64,000 bases of DNA from Neoconidiobolus thromboides FSU 785. Taxonomy: Eukaryota; Fungi; Entomophthoromycota. The notes beneath the pieces were generated by a model. The model made no database searches. It saw only the letters and a list, made by a program, of their open reading frames with translations, and was not told the DNA's origin. The stretch spans positions 124,001 through 188,000 of the forward strand of contig MU626264.1 in assembly GCA_025603075.1 (NCBI GenBank). The letters are read 5' to 3'. The position numbers and the translations under genes are program-made. Shown in pieces: positions 48,761 to 62,620 of this stretch (positions are counted from its first letter, which is position 1; the number at the start of each line of letters is the position of its first letter).

Positions 48761-49577
48761 ATACGTTATCGCTTCTAATTATCAGCTCCTTTTTTATATA
48801 CTTACTCTCGGTTTTTTTGATTAAAAAGAGAATAGAAACCAAATTTAATTTTCTAGTTACTTAATTTTCAACTTTTTATCTATCATTTCTTTTGTCTTGC
48901 TTTTTTAAGCTTATATTGTTTTTTTATTTTATAAAATAGTACACTTGATTAATATTAGAATGTTAAAAATTACACCACTTTAAAATTAAGCTAATAAAAC
49001 AAAAATGTTAAATGAGTGTTTATTTAGTTAAAAATAACAATTGTAATTTAATTGTCCATATCAAAATTAAATAAAGAAGCTTGAATTTATTCAAGTATAA
49101 TTATATGACTTATAATAAATAATAAAAATTTAATCTTATTGCTGATGAGTAAAGCGAACTTATTTGTATTTGTAAGATCAGTTTATAAAATTTAACGAAG
49201 TTAGATTTGAATTTCAATTACTATACAATAAAAAAAATTATTGATACTTTATTAACATTGTAATAATAAGAGAAACATAAAATACCTGTTTATTTTTTAA
49301 GATAAAAAAAGTAAGTTAAAATATAAAACAAATATTATTAATATTAATCTTTATAATAATAATTAAAATTCAACCATTTTGTCTAAAAGAGTAAGTTAAG
49401 TGCTCGATCAAGCCAATTGAAAAGCATTTTAAAAAACATAACCAATTAACATCGAAGCGATTTTTTTAGTTAAATGAGCTGTGACATAATCAACTAAAAT
49501 TTTCAAATGTTATAAATACAATCCAAATTTAACTTTCAATTTTACTATCTTCTTTTCTAATAATAACATTCAAAAGA

Positions 49578-50893
<1,316 letters not shown>

Positions 50894-51506
50894 ATTAAGA
50901 TTTTAAAAGTTTATATTTATTTTTTAGTAACAAAAATTAAAATAGTTTTTTATTTCGTTTTAAATTTTTTAAATTTTTACTCAAAAAAGTAAACTGGTTT
51001 TTTTTAAGTATATGTTGTTCTATTTAGAATTTCGACTAAAAGCTAAATTTGGTCATCACTTGGTCATAAATTATCAAAAAGTTGGCATTGATTTTTTTAA
51101 GAATCACAAGTTGCCACATAAGAACAAAAATTTAGGATTTCATTAATTATTATAATAAAGTAAAAGAGTATGCAGAAATAAAATAAAAGAGTATATAAAA
51201 ATAAAATACTACAAAAAAACCTCCAATCACAACTAACAAAAAAAGGAAGTATTTAACTAATGTATTATTAAAATAAATGAAACATAAAATGATTCAACAA
51301 TTATTCACCTTCTTTTAATTTGCTAAATGAACCAATGAAGTTTCAATAATGCTTGGAGTTACAATTCAACTTTAAGCTTTATCAGGTGGTAAAAGATCGC
51401 TAAATTCATTTCAATCAACGAAAGTTTGGATTTTTCTATTTATTAAAAAAATCGCACTTTATTCTTTTTATAAAAAATATTCCAATAAAAGTAACAAAAT
51501 AACAAT

Positions 51507-53760
51507 ATGTCAATTCCAATTAAAGCAAAGGGTACTTTACGTACACTGTAAGTGGCTATTCATTTATTGTATTTATGTATATATAGTTGAAAAGAGAGTG
51601 AAAGAGAGTGTTTAATTATATAAAATTAAGATTCGTTTATTTATTATTTTATTATTTATAGTAAAAACATGACATTTAATTACTCTGAGATACAAGTTAA
51701 AGTAAGGGATGCTACTTCAAATGATCCGGTTGGACCAAGTGCTAAAACATTAAGTGAAATTGCTCGAGCTACATTTTCACAGTAAGATTTTTATTTTATA
51801 AAAGTAAAAATATTAGTTTATTAAATTTACCATTTTCAAAATATTAGCCATACCTTCATTGAAGTAATGGAAATTTTGGATAAAAGATTAGATGACGCGG
51901 GTAAACAATGGCGTCATGTTTTTAAGGTAAATGAAATATTCTCCTTATTAACTTGTATTGATCTTTTAATTTTAATTTTTTAGGCTTTAACATTAATGGA
52001 ATATTTAGTTCAGTTTGGTTCTGAAGAGGCATTAAATCATTTTAAATCCAATTTATATCGTATAAAAACATTAAGGGAATTTCAGTATATTGATGATCAA
52101 GCTAGAGATCAAGGTTCTAATGGTAAGTAATAGAATTATGACAATGATGTGATTTGTTTTCTATGATACTAATGATATCTATTTATTTATTAGTTCGCCA
52201 TAAAGCTAATAGTTTAACAGAATTATTAACAGATGATAGTAAATTAAGAGAAATGAGAAAAGGGATTAATAATCAAATGAATAATAATTATGGGAACAAT
52301 CATAATAGTACAGGCGGATTTGGATCTACTGGATATGCTAGTGGAAGTGGTTACAATTATAATGAGAATCAAACCAATTATTCAAGCGGTGGTGGCTATG
52401 GTAGTATGAATTCAAGTTATTTAAAAAATAATAAACAACATGGCATGTCAGATGAGGATAGAGATCTCCAATTAGCTATTGAAGAGAGTAAAAGAATGGC
52501 TGAAAGAAACCCTATTCAAAGAACTCAAACTGGACTTACAGATAAGTATGTTGTTATGTTTTATGTATATATTTATATTTACATTTATATTTATATTAGC
52601 AGTGATAAAGATTTCCAATATGCACTTGAATTAAGCAAAAGAGAAGCAGAAAAAGAAGCTCAAATGAGAGAGCAATCTATTGCTAAAGAAAATGAATTGG
52701 TTTTACTAGATGATTATAATCCAAAGTAAGTTAATTTATTATAATAATCAGTATAATTCATTAATTGATTTTATAAATTAATTAGTGAAAAAAATACCTC
52801 TGCCGTATCTCATTTAAAACAATATGATTTTTTTGGAAATATAATTCATGATCCTAGCACTAATAGTAAAAGTGGAACAGCTGATTTATTAGGACTTGAT
52901 CCCTTAGCATTTAGTTCTAATACAAGTTATAACACAAGTAATTATAACACAAGCTATAATAGTATGAGCAGTTTTAACCAATCAAATCCATTTCATCAAA
53001 ATAATAATCCAATGAATCATCATCAAGTTAATACTAATATATTTCAATTAAATCAACAACAGCAAGGAAATCAAAATAATAATAATAATACAGCGACAGG
53101 ATTTAATTCTCAATTTAATAATCAATTTGATGGTGGATTTAAAGCTAAATTGTTACCTCATCAAAAAGTCAATAATGCTAATACAGCATTGGCAGAAGTG
53201 GCTCGTAATAGGTAATAATATTCAATATTATGGTTGATGAGAACTAAATATTAATAAATTGATTTATTTAGTTCTAAAATTGATCCGTTTGCTTCGTTTG
53301 CAGCTGAAAGAGATAATAATAATAGGTAACTAATTATTTTGAAAACTATGTTTATATGAAAATTAATATTTGTGTTAGTTCTAATAATAATAGTAGTAAT
53401 AATTTAAATTTATTCAATTCTAATTCACCAAATAATAACAAACTGGGAATGAATAATAATAGTTTAAATAATAATCCATTTCAAATGAATTCTAATAATA
53501 ATAGTAATTTATTTACAAATAACAATCATTCAAATTCTAGTCCAAGTTTAAATCAATTGTTTAATAACCCAAGTCCAATGTTAAATAATAATAATAATTT
53601 AAATAATAGCTTAAGTAATGATAATTTATTTAGTAATATCAATAGTGGATTTAATTCTACTACAAGTAATACTAATAATTCAAATCCATTTGGAAGTGTT
53701 AATCAAAATCAAAATCAAAATCAACAAAGTCAAGGACAAGGAACTAATATTTTCTTTTAA
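51507..53760 (+). CDS. Epsin (ENTH domain, two UIMs, NPF/DPF motifs), multi-exon
   Basis: ENTH: VKVRDATSNDP, WRHVFK|ALTLMEYL, LREFQYIDD..RDQG; UIMs EDRDLQLAIEESK and DKDFQYALELSK; NPF motifs in the Asn-rich tail. Confidence 0.9.
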
Positions 53761-53985
53761 TACGATGAGTGAAGTAGTATGTTAAGTTAGTTTCTCTCTT
53801 TTCTTTTTCTCTCTTTTTTACGAATTTTCTTTCCTTCTTTTTCTCTCTTTTTTGATTAAAAAAATATTCTAGTTTAATTAAGTATTTTTTAACAATAATT
53901 TAATTATTCATTTAAATTTAACTTGATTGAATATTAAATAAAAAAAAGGATAAAGTAAATAAAATATCAATTCTTTTATTTAATA

Positions 53986-56838
53986 TTAATAACTAAAAGA
54001 AGGGGATTCTAAAAATAACACCGTTTTAGTAGGTACAATGTTACTAGAAGTTTCAAAATTTCGATTGTTACTATATGAAATAGTATCAATACTACTATAA
54101 TTGAAATTGCTAATACTATGGATGTTATTTTCATTATTACTATAAGTACTACTAGTACTATAGATGTAATTACTACTGCTACTATTACTGGGTTCATTAT
54201 TATTATAATTATTCACATTGTTCGAATTAATTTCATTATTATAACTATCTCCCACCATCATTTGGTTTTCATTTTCATTCATCACTCTTGGATATTCCAT
54301 TTGTCCATTATTTACATAATCCCTACCTCTATATCCTAAATTAGTAGGAATTGTTTTCATTACTGTCGATGTCAAAGTTCTCATTATCATTTTAGTTTCT
54401 GTAATTCTTAGATACTTTGTCTCTGTAGAAGTTTCTGTAACCTTAATCATTTTAGTGGAAGTCACTGTTGCTGTAGTAGCGGGAGTGGGGGTAATTGTAG
54501 ATTTTTCATTTTTACATTTAAGATTATAAATGTAATTTTGAAGCTGTTGATGTTGATGTTGAGAATTAAGGTAAGTTTTATCAATAATAATAGGTGCTTG
54601 GAAGGTATTAAGAAGGGGTTGAGAATTAGCAGAATTAGCTTGGTTTTTTAATAAAGATTGAATACTTGTTTGTGAGTCTTGAGTAGAGGGGATAGGAGGT
54701 TGGTTAGAAATCATTGGAGTCATGGAATTCATATTCATGTCGACGTCATTGTTCATGGAACTCATATTGTTGTTTATAGCATTCATAGCATTCATATCAC
54801 TATTCATCCCTACAATATTATCTGTATTCATATCAATTTTATTCACTTCATTATTATTAAAAGGAATATTAGAAATTGGATTTAAATTAATTGAATTTCC
54901 TTGTGGCGGTAATATTGGTTCCATTAAATCGATATTTAAGTTGTTATTATTATTATTTAATTGTTTTTTCATTATAAAATCATTTCTAGCATCTTCCGAT
55001 TCTCTATTAGGTACCATATTCATTTTAGAAGGTTGCTGCTGTGGTTGTTGTTGTAGTAATGGTCGATTACTCATTGGTTTTAAATCTTGGATTAAAATAG
55101 GTGATGGAGCAACAAAAGCTGGGTTTTTTCGATCATTTACTCCTTGTAATTTTCTCATGTTACCAATTCGTTCTCTCTCAATCATTTCTCTTTCTTTATT
55201 AATATCAATATCTTTTTCTTCTTTTTCACTAAAAGTGTCAAAATCAAAAGGATTTCTGTTAGTGTTGAGCTCTTCTCTCATAGGTTCCATATTTAAATTG
55301 ACTATATTCATATACCTTTGATTCTCTTTTAAATTATTGAATTCTTTATTATCCTTAGCTTTCTTTGGTTTATCGTTATTGATTCGATTTTCGACTTCTT
55401 TCATTTCTTCTTGCTTTGAAATACCTTGAATCTCTTCGTTTATGGCTATTTCATTCTTTTTAGTTTTATTCATTGAATTCATCATATTTATATAATTTCT
55501 CTTAAATTCCGAATTATTATCTTCTTTTCCTTCTTCATTATTATTAGTAACAGTGATCATTTCATCTCCATTCATTAAATCTTCATCTGTAATTTCTCGT
55601 ACTTCATTCATACCAGCTAATAAATTATTATTATTATTATTATTAACGTCCATCATACTGTTTGTAGTAGTAGAATTAACTTTATTTGATGGTTGATTTA
55701 ATATATTTTCTTCAGACATACCAATACGTTGTAACTTATTTTCATCGAACAAAATACTTTGGTTTGAATCTTCCATACCTTGAGATTTGTTTGGTTTACC
55801 TCCTGTAGTATTAAATTTTTTAGTCATTTCTGAATTGATATTAGTTGTCTCCTGATTTACATTTAAAGGAATATTATTATTCGTTTCTTGAGTATTACTA
55901 AGTTCATTGCTTTTCATCTCTTGTTCCGTATCTGTAATTGAAGTATTCATTGTCGTTGGTATATTATCATTGTTCATTTCCCTAGCTGGGGACGGTTCGT
56001 TAGCCTTCACCTCTTGTACTGGCTTTACGGCTGAGTTATTGTCCTCTATTGATGGTAGAATATTATTACTATTGATTCCATTTACTATCTCTGGATTAAT
56101 CTTTTTTTCTTCTTGTACAACATTTAAAGAAAGTGTATTCTTTCTTAATGGTAAATCATTGTTATTATTCATTTCCTTTGGTAAATTTAGAGTGTCATTA
56201 CTCTCCTCTTGTGCAGCATTTAATTGCATTTTATTTTTCATTTCTTCAGCGGCTTTTAGAGCTAGATCTTTCATGCTTAAACCTTGGTTGTTTTTATTCA
56301 TTTCCTGTGGCAAGGTGGAAGCGGCGTTTTTATTCTCTTGAGGTAAAGCTGTAGCTGTATTATTCATACTCAATGATATACCATTATTATCAACTTCTTG
56401 TATTTCATTTGGAGATGGAATATTCTTGTTCTCTTGCGATGGGCTATTTACTCCAGGCGGAGTGTTATTATTATTCATCTCTTGTGGTAAATTAGCTTCA
56501 TTGGACTTTACTATTGGTGCGGGACTAATAGATTCGTTATTTACTACTGGTGGAATATTATTACTATTCATTTCTTTCGGTGGGTTATTTACTATACGTG
56601 GCATACTATTGTTATTCATTTCCTGTGATAAAGTTGGTTCACTCGCTTTTACTTGTGTTGCTGCGTTTGTAGAAGGAGTATTGTTAGTGGATGGTAGGTT
56701 ATTGTTATTCATTGGTTGTAGTATATCCGAAGGGATGTTAGGCTGTCCTGATAAGGCTGGAGTAACCGACTCATTTGATGGTGGTAATGAGAGATTATTT
56801 TCTATATTTGGTATGTTTTTATTATTATTAAATGCTTC

Positions 56839-56897
<59 letters not shown>

Positions 56898-57063
56898 CAG
56901 ATGCTTCGTTATTATTATTGTTAATTGTTAAATTATTTGTATTTGAATTCTCTTGTTGAACGGTATTAGGCAATATTGGAGTGGGTTCTTTATCTATGGT
57001 TAATGCTTGACCACGGATTAAAGATACAATGAGGATGCTCAATAGTAGGTTTTTTTGTAGCAT
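53986..57063 (-). CDS. Secreted Asn/Met/Pro-rich repetitive low-complexity protein (1025 aa, intronless)
   Basis: Signal peptide MLQKNLLLSILIVSLIRG; degenerate QEMNNNxxP repeats; Thr-rich segment near the C-terminus; no recognisable domain. Confidence 0.7.
56839..56895 (-). repeat. (AAT)n coding microsatellite encoding 19 Asn
   Basis: Uninterrupted TTA/ATT run in the + strand text. Confidence 0.9.
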
Positions 57064-58791
57064 ATTGTAATTGAATTATAAAAGAAGGATGCAGACAATA
57101 TAATAAAATAGTAAATGTAAAGTGTAAAAATTAGTTTAAAAAATAAAAGAAATTAAGTATTTATATATAGTCTAATAATGATTATTTTTATTTTTATTTT
57201 AAGTATTCATTGTTAAAGGATGAAACTATGTAAATGGAGTATTTTGTTAAATTATATTAGTTATTTCTTAAGAAATACTTTAACTGCTAATAATCTTTAG
57301 TTTCATATAATTTAATTTTATCTTGGAATAAATCGATCTTACCAACGGAAATAGCACTTTTATTTGAAGCTAACATTTCAAGAATGGAAATTATTTATAA
57401 AGAGTTCATTTTATGTTTCTAATAAATAGTAAATGAAATACAAATTTTCATTTTTAATTAATATTAAAAATAGATTTTTTACTTTAATGATTAGTATTAA
57501 AGATAGGATAATAAATTATATACTATTACTAAATTACTTATCTATTTTTTTTAAGCTCTTGATTTCAAGTTTATTTTAAAAAAATTTCTGAGTTAAATCA
57601 GAACTTAAAAAACTACCTTTCATTTACTAAGGAACTGTAACAAAATTTGTTTTAAACTAATGAGTATTTTATTTTTCATAAAATAACCGTCATTTATTAA
57701 TAAGTCATTGTTACTTGTAGAAATAGTGGTAAAAAACTCTGATACCTTTATTTTTGAGAGTATAACAATTAATTCTATTTACAAAATAAAATAGTAGGCG
57801 GTTTAACAGCATAGTTGTATTTTGTTTTAACATATTTCGTTCTTCTGATTTTGTACTATATTGCTTATTTAGTAATAAATGTATTTAATACGATAAAGAG
57901 GATTTCTGGTATAGTAAAGACTACTTTTTATATGCTAATAATTGCTTTTAATAAATATTTAGGAATTAAAACAAAATGTTCTAAAGCTAAAAAAATAAAT
58001 TTAGTTGCCAGTAATGGTAATAAGTATATTGAAAAAATAGATGATAAATTGTAAAGCAATCTAAAAAACCTTTGACTAAGCTACCTGGTAAGAATAATAA
58101 ATTGTAATAGTAAAATCGAGTTAGGTTTTAAAAAAATAATGAGAAAAAACAAAATTGATGTTGTACCCAATTACCTGCTTCTTTTTTAAAAATCTTGGAT
58201 TATTTAAGAAAGTAGCTTATATAATAAGACTGTCTTTCATTATTGTGTCTGTTTTTTAATATTAGCTGGAAAAATGAAATAAATTTTAAAAATGACATAC
58301 TCAAATTGTCTCACTTTAAACTGTGGCCCTTCAAATTGAATCCCATTTTTTGATTTTATTTAATAATTTTGCTTAATAAATTAAGAATTTTAATACTTTT
58401 TAATAAATGAAACTGAAATGTTATAATTGTCATATATATCACATATTCATTTTAATATGATATAAAATGCTTTGTTTTCGATTATATAAAATTAAGCATT
58501 TGAATTCAACTGTTTACTAACAGGTAATTATAATCCCCAGCTTAATTCCATTAATTAAGCAGTTGAACCCAGAATTATGATTGGCTTGAAAAGCAAAAAT
58601 GACAAGATTGTATATAAGACCAACCAATGGAATAAACCCATTGAATCAATAAAGTCCAAGGTTAGTACTTTAATTGGTTTAAAGTGCTGAGTCAAAATAA
58701 TAAAAGTTGCAATCATAAAATTTAGTATCTTAGAACCTTTTTTCAAATTTTTAACAAGAATCTTCATCCAGAACCTTTTTAAAAAACAACA

Positions 58792-60321
58792 ATGACTATA
58801 GATTCAAGACAAGATTGTTATTTTTTCCTTGCTGATGGTTGTACCAAAGTAATTCGCTTAATTTATTCTTTTAATTAATATCTTATCTTTGTGTTAAAGG
58901 GCGCAATGTGTAGTTTTCGACACAATGAAGTATGTAAAACCAATAAAGTCCTTTGCCCTGACTGGTCTACCACTAAGATTTGCAAAACTGATAATTGCGA
59001 TAAACTACATTCTACTTTTCATGTTCCTAATCAACCAGTATGTTTTTATCTATCTATTATCTGCTACAATACTTATTTTATGTTGTAGGTAGCTCAAGCT
59101 TCCAAAGCAGAAATTCAATGTTATTGGGAACTCAACGGCGGTTGTTTGAAACCAACTTGTCCATTCAAACATTCCATGCCAAAAACAAGTGAGTGCATTT
59201 ATTAAAATATATTTAGACCTATGCTTATACAATAAAAAGTTATACCAAATGTCATTCCAAAACCAAGTGTTCGTTCAGTAGCTACTCAAGCTATTAATGC
59301 ACAAGTTGTATCGCCACCTCATGAATCCGATTCTGGTTCTGTTGATAATCAAGGTGAGGCTAAAAGTAACTTTTCAGGGTTACCTAATCCATATGCAAGA
59401 CCTTTTGTACCCAAACCTGGATTATCTAATTCGAAGAACAATGGTCACTCGGTCAACAACCAACAAAAGATATCACCAAAACAAAATGGAGGCCTTAGTT
59501 TTATGTCTAGTCAAAACGGGTTACTAAAACACGGTAACAACACCGCTCATTCCAATGGCACTTTAAGCTTTGTGCCTAAAAGCAATATGCAACCAGCTGC
59601 CAATGGCGGTCATGGTCAACATCAAAACAAGAACAACTTTAAAAATAAGTCTAATCAACAGAATAATCAACAACAACAACAAAATGGTAATACCAAAGAA
59701 ACAAACAAAAAAGCAAATCAACCACGTTCTATAAATGATCGTTTATCTAATTTTAATAATAAAGAAAATAATAACAACAAGAACAAGGAAAATAAAGCGA
59801 ATTCTCGTGCTATGGATAAGGTCAAGTCCTCTCCTCCTTCTAATACTAAGAAAGCTTCTGAAGAACAATTTAAAGATATCAAAGTAAAGTCTCTTGAGGA
59901 AATTTTAAAAGAAAAACGCCAAAGACAAGCTAAAGAAAATAATAAAGAAGGGTTTAATACCTCCAATTCTACTGGCTCTGTTTCACCACCAAAAATAAAT
60001 CAAGAAAATAAAAATAATCAATCAGGTAATGGAGTTAGCGATGTAAATACAAAAGATAATAAAAAAGAAAATGAAACTATTCCATTACCAGTTAGTTCCG
60101 CAAAGAATGAAAAGAGAGAAAGAAGTCCTTCACCAGCCAAAGAGCATACAATAAAGAAGAGTAAGGATGTGAATGGGGATGCCAAGTCAACCGATGAGAA
60201 TGCAATTATTGATGGGTTAGATTTAGAGTTTGAAGTTGATCAACTTGATTTTGATTTGGACCATGACCAAGATTTAGGGGAGTTAGATTTAGATGATTTG
60301 GATGTTGATTTTGGATTATAA
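58792..60321 (+). CDS. ZC3H11A-like triple CCCH zinc-finger RNA-binding protein, multi-exon
   Basis: MTIDSRQDCYFFLADGCTK|GAMCSFRH..CPDW..C..C..H|..CYWELNGGCLKPTCPFKH; downstream IKVKSLEEILKEK motif; acidic tail. Confidence 0.75.
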
Positions 60322-61203
60322 ATTTAAAAATCCAAAATTTCAAGTATTATTAAGGCAATTATTATTAGTAGAGTTCTATGGTTTCAACTACTTTTATAAA
60401 CACAATTACTTTTCTATAACTCTATTGTTTATGCCAACTCTTGTGCACTTTTATTTTAATAAATTTTAAATCTCAATTTGAACCGTAGTCCATGTGTCCA
60501 GGTTATGATGTCGGATTTGTAAAGAAATAATGATGATGATCTCACAGCCCAAAACTAATGATTTTTATTTATTTAGCTAGCTATTTTTATTTATTTTACT
60601 TTATTTTTTAATTATTTTTTGTATTTTATATTTTTCAATTTAGGTTTTAGTTTTTTATAATTAATAAAAAGTTTTTGATGTTCTTTTATGAGTTTTGTTT
60701 ATTTTGTCAAATTTTTTATGAGTTTTATATTGAATTATTGAATTTTATAATCTTTATTATGTTAAGATTAAGATAACATCGTTACATCCATAAAGGAGAT
60801 GTTTGAGTGTTTGGAAGCGATTTCTAGTAATTAGTAAAGATAACTAATATAACAAAAGAGTAACATCTATATTGGTAATGCTAATATAAACTTTTCTCCG
60901 AGCCACTTCAATAAAACTTTATCTTAAATAAGGCAATTATATCAATTTAATTTAATTTTATATATTAGAATGATAATGAAATAATTGAGATGAGATCAAT
61001 TTTCTAATTTTTAATTTTGATTAGTGAAATTAAACTATATCTTAATGTAATTTAAAAAAAACAGTCGGATTTAATTTATTAACACATTCTGATAATACTA
61101 AACTTAATTTGCAAATATTGCAACCAACAGTAGGATTCTTTATATGCCTAAACATAGAAATAAGTACAGTATCAATAAAACAACAATATAAAAAATTTAC
61201 ACT

Positions 61204-62620
61204 TGAGTGGCAGCAAAGTTAGATTACATTTGTAAAATTTACTATATGAGGATGTATTTTTGTGTTTAAGAATTTTACTAACAAATTTTCTGCTTAAATA
61301 GTGCTTAAAAAATGGAAAAAATAATGAAGTCAAAAAAAACACTCCCATTTCATGATCCTGTATATTATGTTAAACTTCTGAATCTTCAGCAGCTCTCTTT
61401 AATGCTTTTTGGCCTTCTTTTTCAGTTATTCATTCAGATGGTAATAAAATTAAAACTCAATTAGCTTTGTAAATCTTTTTAATTTCATTAGTATACTTTC
61501 TATCGACATCATATTGTTCTACTTCGCAAATTTCAATATGTTTGCCATAATCTTAAAAATTCAAATATGGTTTCATGTAAATAGGCTTTGACTAAAAATT
61601 CATGTTAACATTATTTGTATCAGAAGTAAAATAAAGCTAGTTATTAAAAGTTGAATCTAATCTAATAAGTACCACAATCTTTTATAGGCTCATGAAAAAC
61701 CATTAATTTAGTATAACAAGCTTTACGATTAGAATAGCAACTTGGATCCTTTTCAATTCTCTTAATGACTTCAGTATAATGTTTAGCAGCTTCCAAAAAG
61801 TTACTCTTTGAATTTTTCTTTTTCTTTTTCTCTTGTTTGATTAACTAAATCTAGGTTATAATAAGCTTCCTTTTATTTAACCGATTAGCTTTTTCAGCCT
61901 GAAATTCTATGTTAATTCAACATCATTAAATTACTAACTATATTTTCTTCTTTGAGTCGGTAAGAATACCAGCAGTACAATACTCAGTAAGAGACATATT
62001 GAAATATTTGATAACCTTATCTAAATCATTCCTTTTTACATAAACATTACCAATACAATCAAAAACTCTAATAAAGGTTAAACACATAAATTTAAAATTA
62101 AATCCATAAACCTACTTTGCTATCAGTTTAAAGTCGGCACGATGTTCACGCCCAGTTTCAGCTGCCTGCTCATATACTTTAAACATTCATTGTATTCTTT
62201 TATTTCAAATAAAACAGCCACAAAATCATGTTAATCTCATACTTTTTAGCTGATATAGCAAAATTACCAGCTTTGTTAATAAGGATAGTAATATTAGTAT
62301 TTTCAAGTGCAAAAGTGTTATTGAGACAAGTTAAAACTTGACTAAAATTATGTTTTTATGAGCTTGAGATTCAACATCCTTTTCTTTAAAGGCCTCATTC
62401 TTTTCAATATTTTTTTAGTCAATTATTTAACTCCCTTAACTATTAGTTCTGGTTCTGGTTGCCTTTTTGGTCCTTCTTTTGGATCAGATAGGCTAGATGC
62501 TTCGTCTGCTTGATCAGCTACTGATGGTGGCACAAATGGATGTTAGTGCCTCCACCACTTATCATGACTTTTATATCCATTAAACAAAACATAATATTCA
62601 TAATACGGGAATCATTCATA
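61204..62620 (-). pseudogene. STI1: STI1/HOP co-chaperone pseudogene (TPR2A-TPR2B-DP2 part) with intron remnants and a MITE insertion
   Basis: Fragments MNDSRIMN, NTNITILINKA|AVLFE, AKHYTEVIKRIEKDPSCYSNRKACYTKL, RAAEDSEV*HNIQDHE[MITE]I**ILQM*SNFAATQ; many stops and frameshifts. Confidence 0.85.
61248..61346 (+). mobile_element. MITE family copy 21, inserted in the STI1 pseudogene
   Basis: GAGGATGTATTTTTG ... AAAAAACACTCCC, AT on both flanks. Confidence 0.92.

Noticed and set aside
52546-52599. 54-nt stop-free epsin intron that could be retained in frame
   Set aside because: Canonical GT-AG intron; absence of stops is explained by its TATATT repeat
54009-56959. Several plus-strand ORFs (up to 199 aa) inside the Asn-rich gene
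   Set aside because: Antisense shadows of AAT/ATG-rich codons; no independent coding signal
58555-58767. 70-aa minus-strand ORF head-to-head with the zinc-finger gene
   Set aside because: Overlaps a promoter-like region (CCAAT boxes, TGAGTCA at 58688-58694); no homology recognised
60480-60560. ATGATGA box C-like motif suggesting a C/D snoRNA
   Set aside because: No downstream CTGA box D or terminal stem
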